Positions 17,952 through 27,482 of a stretch of DNA of 64,000 nt are shown here, one piece after another. The notes below the pieces were generated by a model, which was not told the DNA's origin, did no database searches, and worked only from the letters and a program-made list of their open reading frames with translations. Location: the NCBI GenBank assembly GCA_045603565.1, contig JAZUML010000003.1, positions 13,818-77,817 of the forward strand. The letters run 5' to 3'. The first letter of the stretch is position 1. Each line of letters opens with the position of its first letter. The position numbers and the translations under genes are program-made. The stretch is from Candidatus Nanosyncoccus sp. Its GTDB lineage: Bacteria; Patescibacteriota; Saccharimonadia; Saccharimonadales; Saccharimonadaceae.

Positions 17952-19157
17952 ATGAGACGTTTTGCTTATAGAGTCAAAGAGAAAGAAACCGGCAAAATCA
18001 TCAAGGGTAATATTCAAGCCGAAAACGAAAAAACCGCAGGAAAACTCTTGGTAGAGCAAGGCTACATTCCGGAATCTATCACCGAAGAAGGAGAAGGCCT
18101 TTTTGGCGGCAAAGGACATGTCACTACCAAAGATCGCATTACCTTCACGCGCCAGCTTTCTACTCTTGTTGGTGCAGGGTTGCCACTCGCTACGAGCCTT
18201 CGTACTGTTTCCGAGCAGACCAGTGCCAAAGCCATGAAAACCATTGTCGAAGAAATCCTCGCCAGCGTAGAAGCCGGCAAGAGTCTCTACGAGTCGTTTG
18301 CTCAGTACCCAGATACCTTTAATGGTATCTATCTCGCCCTTATTCGTGCCGGCGAAACTTCCGGTACGCTAGATTTAGCCCTCAAGCGCCTAGCCGACCA
18401 AGAAGAAAAAGACGCCGCCCTTTTGTCCAAGATTCGTGGCGCCCTAGTCTATCCCGCAATTATTCTCGTAGTTATTATTGCCGTGCTTGCCTTCATGATG
18501 ATCATGGTGGTACCTCAAGTCAAAGGTCTCTACGAAGATATGGGCGAAGAACTCCCTGCTCTCACTCAGGCTCTTGTAAATATATCCGACTTCTTTGGCC
18601 AATTCTGGTGGCTTGTTATTATCATTGTTGGCATTATCGGTGCAGCTATTTGGTATGCAGTCAAAAAGACTCCAGCCGGCCGCAAGGTTGCCGACACTTT
18701 TAAGATTCGTGTCCCGTTATTCGGTGCTCTCTTCCGCAAACTTTACGTTTCACGCTTTGCACGTACTTGTGAGATGATGCTAGCGACCGGCGTCCCTATG
18801 CTTGATTCCGTCAAAATCGCCATCGATGCTACTAGCAACGTAATTGTAGAAGCAGAATTTAGCAAATCTCTTGAAACCATCAAAGGTGGCAAAGCCCTCT
18901 CCGAATCCATCAAAGACCTAAATTACATGCTGCCACTTGTACCACAGATGGCTTCCATTGGCGAAGAATCAGGTAAGATTGATGAAATGCTCGGCAAGGC
19001 CGCCCAGGTATACGAAAATGAGCTCGACGAGCAAGTCAACGCGATTTCTACTATGATTGAACCGATCTTGATGGTAATCATGGCCGGGCTTATCGGTGTA
19101 GTTGTAGGCGGTACTTTACTCCCGATTTACTCTCTTGTCAATTCCGTCGCCGTATAA
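17952..19157 (+). CDS. pilC: Type IV pilus platform protein PilC (GspF family)
   Basis: FTRQLSTLVGAGLPL, AGETSGTL, ALVYP, IGEESGKID, IEPIL. Confidence 0.95.
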   Translation: MRRFAYRVKEKETGKIIKGNIQAENEKTAGKLLVEQGYIPESITEEGEGLFGGKGHVTTKDRITFTRQLSTLVGAGLPLATSLRTVSEQTSAKAMKTIVEEILASVEAGKSLYESFAQYPDTFNGIYLALIRAGETSGTLDLALKRLADQEEKDAALLSKIRGALVYPAIILVVIIAVLAFMMIMVVPQVKGLYEDMGEELPALTQALVNISDFFGQFWWLVIIIVGIIGAAIWYAVKKTPAGRKVADTFKIRVPLFGALFRKLYVSRFARTCEMMLATGVPMLDSVKIAIDATSNVIVEAEFSKSLETIKGGKALSESIKDLNYMLPLVPQMASIGEESGKIDEMLGKAAQVYENELDEQVNAISTMIEPILMVIMAGLIGVVVGGTLLPIYSLVNSVAV

Positions 19158-19225
19158 AACTCTTGATTTTTTGGGAAAAATCATTTAATATAAACATAAG
19201 GATATAAATCTAGAAAGGATTATGT

Positions 19226-19855
19226 ATGGCTAAAGAAAATATCAACAATAAAAAAGGCTTCACCATCATCGAGGTCGTACTTGTGCTCGCTATCGCAGGT
19301 CTTATCTTCTTGATGGTCTTCGTCGCGCTCCCAGCGCTCCAGCGCTCACAGCGTGATACTGCTCGCCGTAACGATTTGGCTCGGGTAGATACCTCTTTGG
19401 TGCAATACCAAACCAACAACCAAGGCACAAACGGTGGCTCTAATTTGCCGTTCGATTCAGCAGTCTATTATGGTGCTGAAGATTTTGCAGCAGCATCGAA
19501 AACAATAAAAATTGGTGGTCAAGATGTGACGGCTGGTGGGCCATGCGGAGACCGCCCCACCACTAATAGCGGCGATACTAATGACATGGCATGTATCTTT
19601 ATTAGAGATTACATGAATACGGGCACCGCAGGCACCAACAAACAAAACGAGTTCCAAGATCCATCCGGTACATATTATGGTATGGAAATTGGTCAAGGTG
19701 CCTATTCCTACAGTGGAACAGACATGGATTTCGTTGTTCATGTGCGTACTGGTGCTAGATGCTCCGGTGAAGCAGCTATAGATGATACTCCTCGCCACTT
19801 CGCCATCATCTATCGCCTAGAAGGTGCTGGTACTTACTGTATCGACGATCAGTAA
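19226..19855 (+). CDS. Type IV pilin (class III signal peptide)
   Basis: KKG|FTIIEVVLVLAIAGLIFLMVFVALP; C-terminal Cys pair. Confidence 0.92.
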   Translation: MAKENINNKKGFTIIEVVLVLAIAGLIFLMVFVALPALQRSQRDTARRNDLARVDTSLVQYQTNNQGTNGGSNLPFDSAVYYGAEDFAAASKTIKIGGQDVTAGGPCGDRPTTNSGDTNDMACIFIRDYMNTGTAGTNKQNEFQDPSGTYYGMEIGQGAYSYSGTDMDFVVHVRTGARCSGEAAIDDTPRHFAIIYRLEGAGTYCIDDQ

Positions 19856-19866
19856 AAATAGCCTAC

Positions 19867-19897
19867 AAAAATTCCCCTCTAATGAGGGGAATTTTTT
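19867..19897. terminator. Bidirectional terminator between convergent pilins
   Basis: AAAAATTCCCCTC-TAAT-GAGGGGAATTTTTT. Confidence 0.85.
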
Positions 19898-19914
19898 TAT
19901 AAAGTATTTTTTAA

Positions 19915-20427
19915 TTACATATCATCACAAAATACACCAGACCCTTCAAGGCGGTACACAATTGCGATTTTACGTGGGTTCTCAGTCTTTACGGCATGTT
20001 CGCCGTCGCATCTCGCGCTAATCTCTATGTGCATGGTGTAATCCATCGCTGTACTAGTATATGTATATTGCTTTTTACTTTCTGTTAGCGTCTCTACGTT
20101 CAACTTGTACCTAGTTCCACTAGGATCATTAAAGTTCTCACCTAGATATGTCTTATAAAAACCCCGCCAAGTACCCGATGTGACGTTTCCGTTAGTATAT
20201 TCAACCGTTCCGGACCCAGTTGGTAGTCCTTGACGGTTATTAGTCATAAACTTCTTTATCGAATTCATCAATTGAGTTACGTCTTCTTTTCTTTGACTAT
20301 CACGTGCCAACCTCTGCATTGAGGGCAGAGCCACGAACACCATCAAAAAAATCAAGCCACCCACTGCAAGCACCAGTGATACCTCAATTATCGTAAAACC
20401 ATTCTGTTTATCACTTTTCTTTCGCAT
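19915..20427 (-). CDS. Second type IV pilin paralog
   Basis: QNG|FTIIEVSLVLAVGGLIFLMVFVALP; shares DPSGT and IVYRLEGSGVFC motifs with 19226-19855. Confidence 0.92.
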   Translation of the reverse strand: MRKKSDKQNGFTIIEVSLVLAVGGLIFLMVFVALPSMQRLARDSQRKEDVTQLMNSIKKFMTNNRQGLPTGSGTVEYTNGNVTSGTWRGFYKTYLGENFNDPSGTRYKLNVETLTESKKQYTYTSTAMDYTMHIEISARCDGEHAVKTENPRKIAIVYRLEGSGVFCDDM

Positions 20428-20494
20428 ATTACTCCTTATGCTTATTATAGATGATTCTCCATAAAAAACAAGTGCTCTGTGCTAAAATAAGATT

Positions 20495-21295
20495 ATGCAG
20501 ATAGCGTTTTTTGTCATGATGTTTATCCTCGGCGCTTGCTTTGGCTCATTTTTGTGCTGTCAAGCTCGCCGTCTCAAACTCAAAGAAACTCACCATCATT
20601 CACTAGGGAACCGCTCCATCTGTCTTAACTGCAAAGCCAAGCTCAAATGGTACGAAAATCTACCAATCATCTCTTGGCTTTTTTTGCGCGGCAAATGCCG
20701 CCACTGTGGCAAAAAAATTGGCCTCGCTGAGCTTCTGTCCGAGCTAGGTTTAGCACTTGCGTTTTTGACGCTTGCTACAACTATCGATATAACTTCGTCT
20801 AATATAATAGAATGGCTCATTTTTGCTTTCACGCTTGCGCTTACCTTAAGCCTGGGCTTTTTAGCTATTTATGATGGTATTTACGGCGAACTACCAGTTC
20901 CATTTCTTATCCTCTCCATCATTCTGGCCACCATTGTTTTGGGTCTCAAAGAGTGGCTTTGGCTATCTACTTCAGCCTTTTCCGTTCAATTTGTTTTAAA
21001 CCCTCTTTTCTCGGTCCTCATTCTAGCTGGATTGTATCTAACTTTATATTTAATATCCAAAGGCAAATGGGTCGGAGACGGTGATTGGCTACTGGGGTTA
21101 TCTATCGGCTTAGCTCTTGCCGATGCCTGGCTTGCCCTGATTACATTATTCCTCGCCAATCTTATCGCTTGTCTAGTAATGTTACCCAAAGTCAAAAAAT
21201 CCAAAAACAAGAGAATCTATTTTGGCCCATTTCTGGTAATTGCTTTTATTATTACCATATCTTTACCATCATGTGTTATAATAAGCTTATGGTAA
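20495..21295 (+). CDS. pilD: Prepilin peptidase PilD
   Basis: GACFGSFL, RSICLNC..LKWYENLPIISWLFLRGKCRHC zinc motif, GDGD, FGPFL. Confidence 0.93.
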   Translation: MQIAFFVMMFILGACFGSFLCCQARRLKLKETHHHSLGNRSICLNCKAKLKWYENLPIISWLFLRGKCRHCGKKIGLAELLSELGLALAFLTLATTIDITSSNIIEWLIFAFTLALTLSLGFLAIYDGIYGELPVPFLILSIILATIVLGLKEWLWLSTSAFSVQFVLNPLFSVLILAGLYLTLYLISKGKWVGDGDWLLGLSIGLALADAWLALITLFLANLIACLVMLPKVKKSKNKRIYFGPFLVIAFIITISLPSCVIISLW

Positions 21296-22062
21296 AAAAG
21301 GGTGATACTCTTATCGAAGTAGTGTTAGCTATCGGAATTTTTTCGATGATCGCCATTGCCGTAGTTGCCGTGATGAGTGGTGGTACTTCGAGTTCTCAAA
21401 CCGCCCTCGAGACTTCACTTGCTCGTAACGAAATTGATTCCCAAGCCGAATCGCTCAGGTTCATTCATAATTCTTATATTGCCGAAAAGAACTCTGCTAG
21501 CACCAAATACCAGGACTTGTGGGAGGCGATTACCGCTTCCGCCATCGAGGCCAGTGACGACGAAGGCACTCCGCAGGCCCCATCCGAAGAGTTTCTTCAA
21601 TTCGCCCCCGAATCATGTAGCGCACTCTACGAAAACGACGAAATAATGAACCACGCTTTTGCTATTGATTATGGTGCACTTGGTGATTATCTAAGTGCCA
21701 CCACCAGCGAAGGTGAGAACCCAGAGCTTACCCCATTCGTCAAAGCCAGAGATAATCTCGATAACGATTCAGGAAAACTTAAACCCGCTACAACTTATCC
21801 AAGATTAGTCTACACTATAAAAGATCAAATGAATAGTAATTCCAACAACTATACAGCCTATCTCAAAAGCCTTTATCAAGTTGAAGGCATTTTCATAGTT
21901 GGAGTCAAAGATGCCGGCAACACGAATATCGTTAATAAAAGCGCAAACACTTCTGCTTATTATGATTTCTATATTCGTACCTGTTGGTATGGCGCTAACG
22001 CCAACGAACCATCCACGATTTCAACCGTTATTCGCCTATACGACCCCAAAGCCATCGAATAA
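21289..22062 (+). CDS. Minor pilin (PilV-like)
   Basis: MVKKG|DTLIEVVLAIGIFSMIAIAV class III signal peptide; start moved from 21085 to 21289, behind TGTTATAAT. Confidence 0.8.
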   Translation: MVKKGDTLIEVVLAIGIFSMIAIAVVAVMSGGTSSSQTALETSLARNEIDSQAESLRFIHNSYIAEKNSASTKYQDLWEAITASAIEASDDEGTPQAPSEEFLQFAPESCSALYENDEIMNHAFAIDYGALGDYLSATTSEGENPELTPFVKARDNLDNDSGKLKPATTYPRLVYTIKDQMNSNSNNYTAYLKSLYQVEGIFIVGVKDAGNTNIVNKSANTSAYYDFYIRTCWYGANANEPSTISTVIRLYDPKAIE

Positions 22063-23001
22063 TTATTTTGTTTCCGAATGAAACTTCTCATGTATCTCTT
22101 TTAGATGCGCATCTGTCACGTGAGTATATATTTGTGTCGTAGAAATATCTGCATGCCCTAGCATCGATTGCACTGCACGAAGATCCGCACCATTCATCAA
22201 AAGATCAGTCGCAAAAGAATGTCGGAGTGTATGCGGAGAAACATGCTTGGTGATACCAGCCAATCTCGCATATTTTTCAACTATTCTTTCCACCGAACGC
22301 GCAGTAATTCGGCGATAATTTCCGGAAGTATCTACCGCCTGAGTGTTACGCGAATTATTCAAAAACAAAGCCGGCAGGGAATCACTTCGTGCGTCCAAAT
22401 AATCGCGTACGCGATCTGCTGCCGATTGGCTAATAAAAATCGGTCGATCCTTACTTCCTTTCCCCCTCACCATAAACTCACGTCGCTCTAGATTAATCGA
22501 ATCACGATTAAGTCCCACTAATTCTGAAACCCGCAACCCACCAGAGTACAATAGTTCGATAATCGCCCGATCTCTTAGTCCTGACTCGGTCGATAAATCT
22601 ATCTGTTCCAACATATCTTCCACTTCATCAAAATGCAAAAAAGATACCTGTTTTCGTATCACGTGCGGCAAATCCACGAGGGAAGGATCCAATGATTTAA
22701 TATCTCGTCTAGCTAAGTATTTCAAAAAACCGCGCAATGCAATCAGATGATAAGCTTGAGTAATGGTTTTTAAATCATCTTCGCCCTTCTCAGAACCATA
22801 ACGATTTAGCTTAATTCTATACTTTCTTAACAATTCTTTTGTAATATCAGACGGCTTCATCTCGTCTTTATTCAAAATTTCTAACGAAATCTCCACAAAT
22901 CTTTCCAAGTACAACCTGTAGTTTTCAATCGTCTTTTTACTTCTCCCCGCCTCTATCTCCAAATGCTCCAGAAAATCATTAATCAGATCATAAATATCCA
23001 T
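22063..23001 (-). CDS. XerC/XerD-family tyrosine recombinase
   Basis: RDRAIIELLYSGGLRVSEL, GKGSKDR, HTLRHSFATDLL, LGHADISTTQIY. Confidence 0.95.
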   Translation of the reverse strand: MDIYDLINDFLEHLEIEAGRSKKTIENYRLYLERFVEISLEILNKDEMKPSDITKELLRKYRIKLNRYGSEKGEDDLKTITQAYHLIALRGFLKYLARRDIKSLDPSLVDLPHVIRKQVSFLHFDEVEDMLEQIDLSTESGLRDRAIIELLYSGGLRVSELVGLNRDSINLERREFMVRGKGSKDRPIFISQSAADRVRDYLDARSDSLPALFLNNSRNTQAVDTSGNYRRITARSVERIVEKYARLAGITKHVSPHTLRHSFATDLLMNGADLRAVQSMLGHADISTTQIYTHVTDAHLKEIHEKFHSETK

Positions 23002-23017
23002 ATCTATATTATATCAG

Positions 23018-23140
23018 AAGAAAATTAGAATGTTACCTTCTCGGGGGCTTCCGCGACCAACGGGGAGCGGACTGAGCGACTGAGCCCCATAACGATGGGT
23101 GCGAAGTAGCATACCCCGAAAGGTATATTCTAATTTTCTT
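23018..23140. repeat. Family A palindromic element, intergenic between the divergent xer and ndk genes
   Basis: Arms 23018-23039 and 23120-23140; core homologous to the tsaD, tlyA and polA copies. Confidence 0.9.
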
Positions 23141-23170
23141 ATATGCTATAATTACAAAAAGGAGTTTTTT

Positions 23171-23686
23171 ATGGCAAAATCACAAGATTACATTCAACGC
23201 ACCTTAGTCGTACTAAAACCAGACACCGTTCAACGCGGTATCATCGGCGAAATTGTCCAACGTTTTGAGCGTGTTGGCCTTAAAATTGTTGGTATGAAGA
23301 TGGTTATGCCAGAAGAGAAGCTCTACCGTCAGCACTACGAAGATATCGGCCAAATGATTACCCGCCGCGGCGAAACCACTTTTCGCTACAATGTCGAATA
23401 TATGATGAGTGGCCCAGTTATCGCGATGGTCTTAGAGGGTGTCGAAGCTCAACCATTAGTCCGCAAAATTGTCGGCCCAACCGAGCCAAAATCCGCCGAA
23501 ATGGGCACCATCCGCGGCGATTATTCTCACATGAGCTTTGGTTATTCCGATGCTAAGGGCGTTGGCGTGCCAAATCTTGTCCACGCTTCTGGCTCCGTCG
23601 AAGAAGCCAAAAAAGAAATCGACCTCTGGTTTAATGCCAACGAACTCTACGACTACAGCGATTTACACGAAAAATACACAAGATAA
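23171..23686 (+). CDS. ndk: Nucleoside diphosphate kinase
   Basis: RTLVVLKPDTVQRG, SGPVIAMV, GTIRGDY, NLVHASGS; start after the AAGGAG RBS. Confidence 0.96.
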   Translation: MAKSQDYIQRTLVVLKPDTVQRGIIGEIVQRFERVGLKIVGMKMVMPEEKLYRQHYEDIGQMITRRGETTFRYNVEYMMSGPVIAMVLEGVEAQPLVRKIVGPTEPKSAEMGTIRGDYSHMSFGYSDAKGVGVPNLVHASGSVEEAKKEIDLWFNANELYDYSDLHEKYTR

Positions 23687-23713
23687 AGTCTTAAATTTAA
23701 TATAAGGCTCTAT

Positions 23714-24448
23714 CTATAATACTTTTTGTAGAAACTCTCGTACTCTCGGAGTTTTCGGGTGCTCAAAGAACTCTTCTGGCGTTCCTTCCTCGATAATTTT
23801 TCCCTTGTCGATGAACACGACTCTAGTCGCAATCTTTTTTGCAAAACTCATTTCGTGTGTCACAATCATAATAGTCATTCCACGGTCAGCTAATTCCTCA
23901 ATCAAATTCAACACATCCTCGATTGACTCCGGATCTAATGCTGAAGTTGGTTCGTCAAATAGCAATACTTCAGGGCTCAGCATCATTGCGCGGATAATCG
24001 CAATTCTTTGTTTTTGACCACCAGACAGGGAAGCAGGATAGGCCGAAGCTTTTCCAGGTAGCCCAATATGTCTCAAGAGCTCCATGGCTCGCTTTTCTGC
24101 CGCCTCTCGCTTCATCAGTTTCAGCTTTAGCGGCGCTAACGTCAAATTCTCCATCACAGTAAGATTATTAATCAGATTGAAATGCTGGAATACCATTCCT
24201 AGATTTCGTCTGATTCTACGAATATTTTTAGCGGTCACCACCTCGCCATTAAAGATTATCTCACCAGAAGTCGGTGTTTCCATCCAATTGATACAGCGCA
24301 GGAACGTAGATTTACCAGACCCCGAAGGCCCCAACACTACTACGCGTTCGCCTTCTTTTAATTCAAAATTAATACCGTTAAGTACTTTGTTTTTACCAAA
24401 CGACTTGTGTAAACTCTTTACTACTAAATCTGTATTTTTTTCTTCCAT
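23714..24448 (-). CDS. Polar amino-acid ABC transporter ATPase (GlnQ-like)
   Basis: GPSGSGKST, LSGGQKQR, FDEPTSALDPE, VTHEM. Confidence 0.93.
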   Translation of the reverse strand: MEEKNTDLVVKSLHKSFGKNKVLNGINFELKEGERVVVLGPSGSGKSTFLRCINWMETPTSGEIIFNGEVVTAKNIRRIRRNLGMVFQHFNLINNLTVMENLTLAPLKLKLMKREAAEKRAMELLRHIGLPGKASAYPASLSGGQKQRIAIIRAMMLSPEVLLFDEPTSALDPESIEDVLNLIEELADRGMTIMIVTHEMSFAKKIATRVVFIDKGKIIEEGTPEEFFEHPKTPRVREFLQKVL

Positions 24449-25153
24449 CTATTTCTCCGCCCTGAGGTCGCTACGCCTCAAATTCTTCTCAATTCGTTTC
24501 ACGATAAATGTGATCAAATAAATTGTCGCAAGATAGAACAGCGCCGCCACAAACATTGGTACTATATAGCTCGCCATGTTTTGCCCCGAACCAATATCTT
24601 TTGCCGCCATATTAAGGTCATACATCCCAACCATACTTACAATCGCGGTTTCCTTAATTACAGTAATTACTTCGTTGCCAAGGGCCGGAATGATATTCTT
24701 GATTGCTTGTGGCGCTACGATTTTTGAAAAAATCGTGAATCTAGAAAGCCCCAACGCCATACCAGCTTCTGTTTGGCCTGTGTCTACCGACAAAATGCCA
24801 CCACGCACCACCTCCGCTACATATGCCGCCGAATTCAAACCAAAGGCGATTATGGCAGTAATAATGCTCGGAAATCCCTTAAAGGCAAAAATCACAAAGA
24901 ACATAATAAATAGCTGCAACGCCATCGGAGTTCCACGAATCACCCCAACATAAACTCGGCAAATAAACTTCGGAATCACGAGCCATTTTGATTTTTTCGC
25001 TGTGTCAATTAGCGCAATAATCGTTCCCAAAAAGATGCCAAGCAGCAGAGCAAAATAGGCAATCTGAATAGTTAGCAAAAACCCATGTAGTAGGGAATCA
25101 AGGTATTCTGGCGTACTGAATAGTTCTCCAATTTTTTCAAAGAAATTACTCAT
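24449..25153 (-). CDS. Polar amino-acid ABC transporter permease
   Basis: IRGTPMALQL, AAYVAEVVRGGILSVDTGQTEAGMALG EAA loop, PQAIKNIIPALGNE. Confidence 0.93.
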   Translation of the reverse strand: MSNFFEKIGELFSTPEYLDSLLHGFLLTIQIAYFALLLGIFLGTIIALIDTAKKSKWLVIPKFICRVYVGVIRGTPMALQLFIMFFVIFAFKGFPSIITAIIAFGLNSAAYVAEVVRGGILSVDTGQTEAGMALGLSRFTIFSKIVAPQAIKNIIPALGNEVITVIKETAIVSMVGMYDLNMAAKDIGSGQNMASYIVPMFVAALFYLATIYLITFIVKRIEKNLRRSDLRAEK

Positions 25154-25997
25154 TCGTTAGCCCCATATATTTTAATACTAATCTATCAATCTCCGTCTGA
25201 CCGTTTTCATCTTCTATTAGCATTTCATTTAGTACTTCATTAAAGGCTTCTAGCAATTCGGTCTTATCCTTGTTCACGGCTATTGCGTAAGCCTCTTCTA
25301 CCGGATAGTCCTCTTCACGGGTTGGCCCAGAATAATATAACGGTAACGCGTCTAGTTCTGGATTCTTCTCAACAATATATTTCGCAGCGAGTTCATCCGC
25401 TATTGCAAAGTCAATCATGTGCGCCTTGATAGAATCTGCTGCTAATTGATGCGAATCGATTCCTTTGATTGTTGTATTAGTGCCAGACAGTACACCGTTT
25501 TCAATCTCATCTTCTACGAAAATGTATCCAGTACTACCGATTTGCGATCCCAACCTTGCGCCATCCAGAGCTTCCCACACTACATGATCATCGCGTAGTG
25601 ATGGTGGCAATTCGCGGTCAAAAATCACATATTGCACCGAATCGTAATACGGAACTGTGAAATCAACCTTTTCCGCCCTTGCTGGTGTAATAGTTAACCC
25701 CGCCGCACCGGCGTCTGCAATTCGTCCAGCCTCTACATTATCGATGATGACATCAAATTCAACATTTTTGATCTGTATTTTCTTATCCAACTTCTCTGCG
25801 ACTCTGTTTACTATTTCTATATCAACACCTACGATTTGTCGATTCTCATAAAACTCAAAAGGCGCAAAAAATGCATTCGTCTCAACTACATAATCATAAT
25901 CCGTCTCATCCTGAATAGTAAACCAAACGCTTACGCCCATCCCTGCCGTTACCAACAGAAATACAATTATAGCAATGGCGCGTTTAACCTTAACCAT
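25146..25997 (-). CDS. Amino-acid ABC transporter substrate-binding protein (family 3)
   Basis: FAPFEF...VGVDIEI, AGLTITPARAEKVDFTVPYY. Confidence 0.9.
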   Translation of the reverse strand: MVKVKRAIAIIVFLLVTAGMGVSVWFTIQDETDYDYVVETNAFFAPFEFYENRQIVGVDIEIVNRVAEKLDKKIQIKNVEFDVIIDNVEAGRIADAGAAGLTITPARAEKVDFTVPYYDSVQYVIFDRELPPSLRDDHVVWEALDGARLGSQIGSTGYIFVEDEIENGVLSGTNTTIKGIDSHQLAADSIKAHMIDFAIADELAAKYIVEKNPELDALPLYYSGPTREEDYPVEEAYAIAVNKDKTELLEAFNEVLNEMLIEDENGQTEIDRLVLKYMGLTNE

Positions 25998-26030
25998 AAT
26001 ATAATTATATCACACAAAAAATAAAAAAAA

Positions 26031-26106
26031 TGGTGACCCGGGTGCGATTTGAACGCACAACCTTCTCCTTAGGACGGAGCTGCTCTATCCATTGAGCTAC
26101 CAGGCC
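26031..26106 (-). tRNA. tRNA-Arg(CCT)
   Basis: GGCCTGG/CCGGGTC acceptor, GCTCAATGGATAGAGC D-arm, CTCC-GT CCT AA-GGAG, TTCAAAT, CCA. Confidence 0.9.
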
Positions 26107-26125
26107 AATATGTTATAATTATACC

Positions 26126-27163
26126 ATGAACCTATTGAAGAAGAAAGATACGAAGAAGACCGAACAAGAGAAGGTCGAAGAACGTCGCGAAGAAATTCTC
26201 GCTACCGGTCGCAAATTTAAATACCCCCTCCAATGGACCAAGCATCGCATCGTTATTAATACCATTCTAATTACATTTGTTGTTGTAGCTATGATGGTAA
26301 TTGGTGGTTGGCTAGCTTTATATCGTTTTGGCATGACTGATGAATTCCTTTTCCGCATCACCAAGATTTTCCCAGTTCCAGTCGCCAGCGTAAACTCCGA
26401 GAATGTTCCATTTTCGGACTATCTCATGCTCTACCGTAGCAGTATTACATCTATCGAGCGCCAATCTGGCACTCAGTTTGACGAAGAATCTATCGGTACT
26501 TTGCGTGCCGAATACAAGCGCGCCGCCTTGTCAGAAGCCGAAGAATACACTTATGCCGCGAATCTAGCCAAAGAATACGGTATCACGGTATCGCAAGAAG
26601 AGGTTACAAATGAATTCAATCGTCATCTTGCTGTTGGCGGTATCGAGCGGAGCGAAGAAGGTTTCATCAAAATCATTGAAGACAATTTTGGTCTCAACAA
26701 GAGCGAATACGAGCGCATGCTCTACCTCTCTCTTTTAAAAGCCAAAGTCGAAGAAAACATTGACAATACCGCCACCAAGACCGCTCAAGAAGTAGAATCT
26801 CTTTTAGCCGAAAACGACAACAATTATCAAGCCGTAGCCGAAGCCCTCGGCGAAAAGATCCAATACCAAGAAACTGGCGGTTTAGTCGATAATAAAAACA
26901 TTGATGGTGGTCGTGCCTCTGAAGCCATGAAACTAGAACCAGGCGAAAGTAGCGGCAAATTTATCTCCATGAATGGGGACGGGTATTATTTCGTTAAGCT
27001 TATCAAGAAAACCGACAACGAAGTTAATTTCGTTTCCATCAAGGTCCCATTTACTGAATTTGGTAAAAGATTTGAATCTCTAAAAGACGAAAACAAAATC
27101 GCTGAATATATCGAAATCAAAGACCCAAATCAAACTGAAGAAACGATTGAGCAACCAGAATAG
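26126..27163 (+). CDS. SurA N-terminal-domain / PrsA-like foldase
   Basis: TM anchor, PVASVNSENV, AKEYGITVSQEEV helical SurA-N pattern. Confidence 0.65.
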   Translation: MNLLKKKDTKKTEQEKVEERREEILATGRKFKYPLQWTKHRIVINTILITFVVVAMMVIGGWLALYRFGMTDEFLFRITKIFPVPVASVNSENVPFSDYLMLYRSSITSIERQSGTQFDEESIGTLRAEYKRAALSEAEEYTYAANLAKEYGITVSQEEVTNEFNRHLAVGGIERSEEGFIKIIEDNFGLNKSEYERMLYLSLLKAKVEENIDNTATKTAQEVESLLAENDNNYQAVAEALGEKIQYQETGGLVDNKNIDGGRASEAMKLEPGESSGKFISMNGDGYYFVKLIKKTDNEVNFVSIKVPFTEFGKRFESLKDENKIAEYIEIKDPNQTEETIEQPE

Positions 27164-27273
27164 AAATAGCGCGGTGCAAAGAGATTACTCTATTTCGCTA
27201 AATTATTTTTAAGCCTATCGTCGCCCCACCAATTCGTCTCGATTATATTAAAAAAAGAAGCCTCGAGAGCTTG

Positions 27274-27291
27274 TGGTGCGAGTACAGGGAG
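27274..27291 (-). repeat. 18-bp duplication of the tRNA-Gly 3' end (1 mismatch)
   Basis: TGGTGCGAGTACAGGGAG versus TGGTGCGGGTACAGGGAG at 27358-27375. Confidence 0.85.
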
Positions 27292-27357
27292 ATTGCCCTC
27301 CCTGGGCCCCACTCCCACAAACAAAAAATAAGAGCGAGCTCTCATTTTTTTATTTGC

Positions 27358-27432
27358 TGGTGCGGGTACAGGGAGTCGGACCCTGATCTCATCCTTGGGA
27401 AGGATACATAATAGCCGCTATACGATACCCGC
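27358..27432 (-). tRNA. tRNA-Gly(CCC)
   Basis: GCGGGTA/TACCCGC acceptor, ATCC-TT CCC AA-GGAT, T-arm CAGGG-TCCGACT-CCCTG, CCA. Confidence 0.92.
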
Positions 27433-27482
27433 AGCACCTATATTATATCACACCCCTTAGAATATGGTATAATAAATTTATT

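Noticed and set aside
19226-23001. Xer-driven pilin phase-variation switch
   Set aside because: No conserved inverted recombination sites were seen, the pilin N-terminal DNA is too diverged, and the recombinase looks like housekeeping XerC/D
27164-27272. Candidate tmRNA/SRP/other ncRNA between surA-like and tRNA-Gly
   Set aside because: No tmRNA or SRP signature found; only short hairpins explainable as terminators
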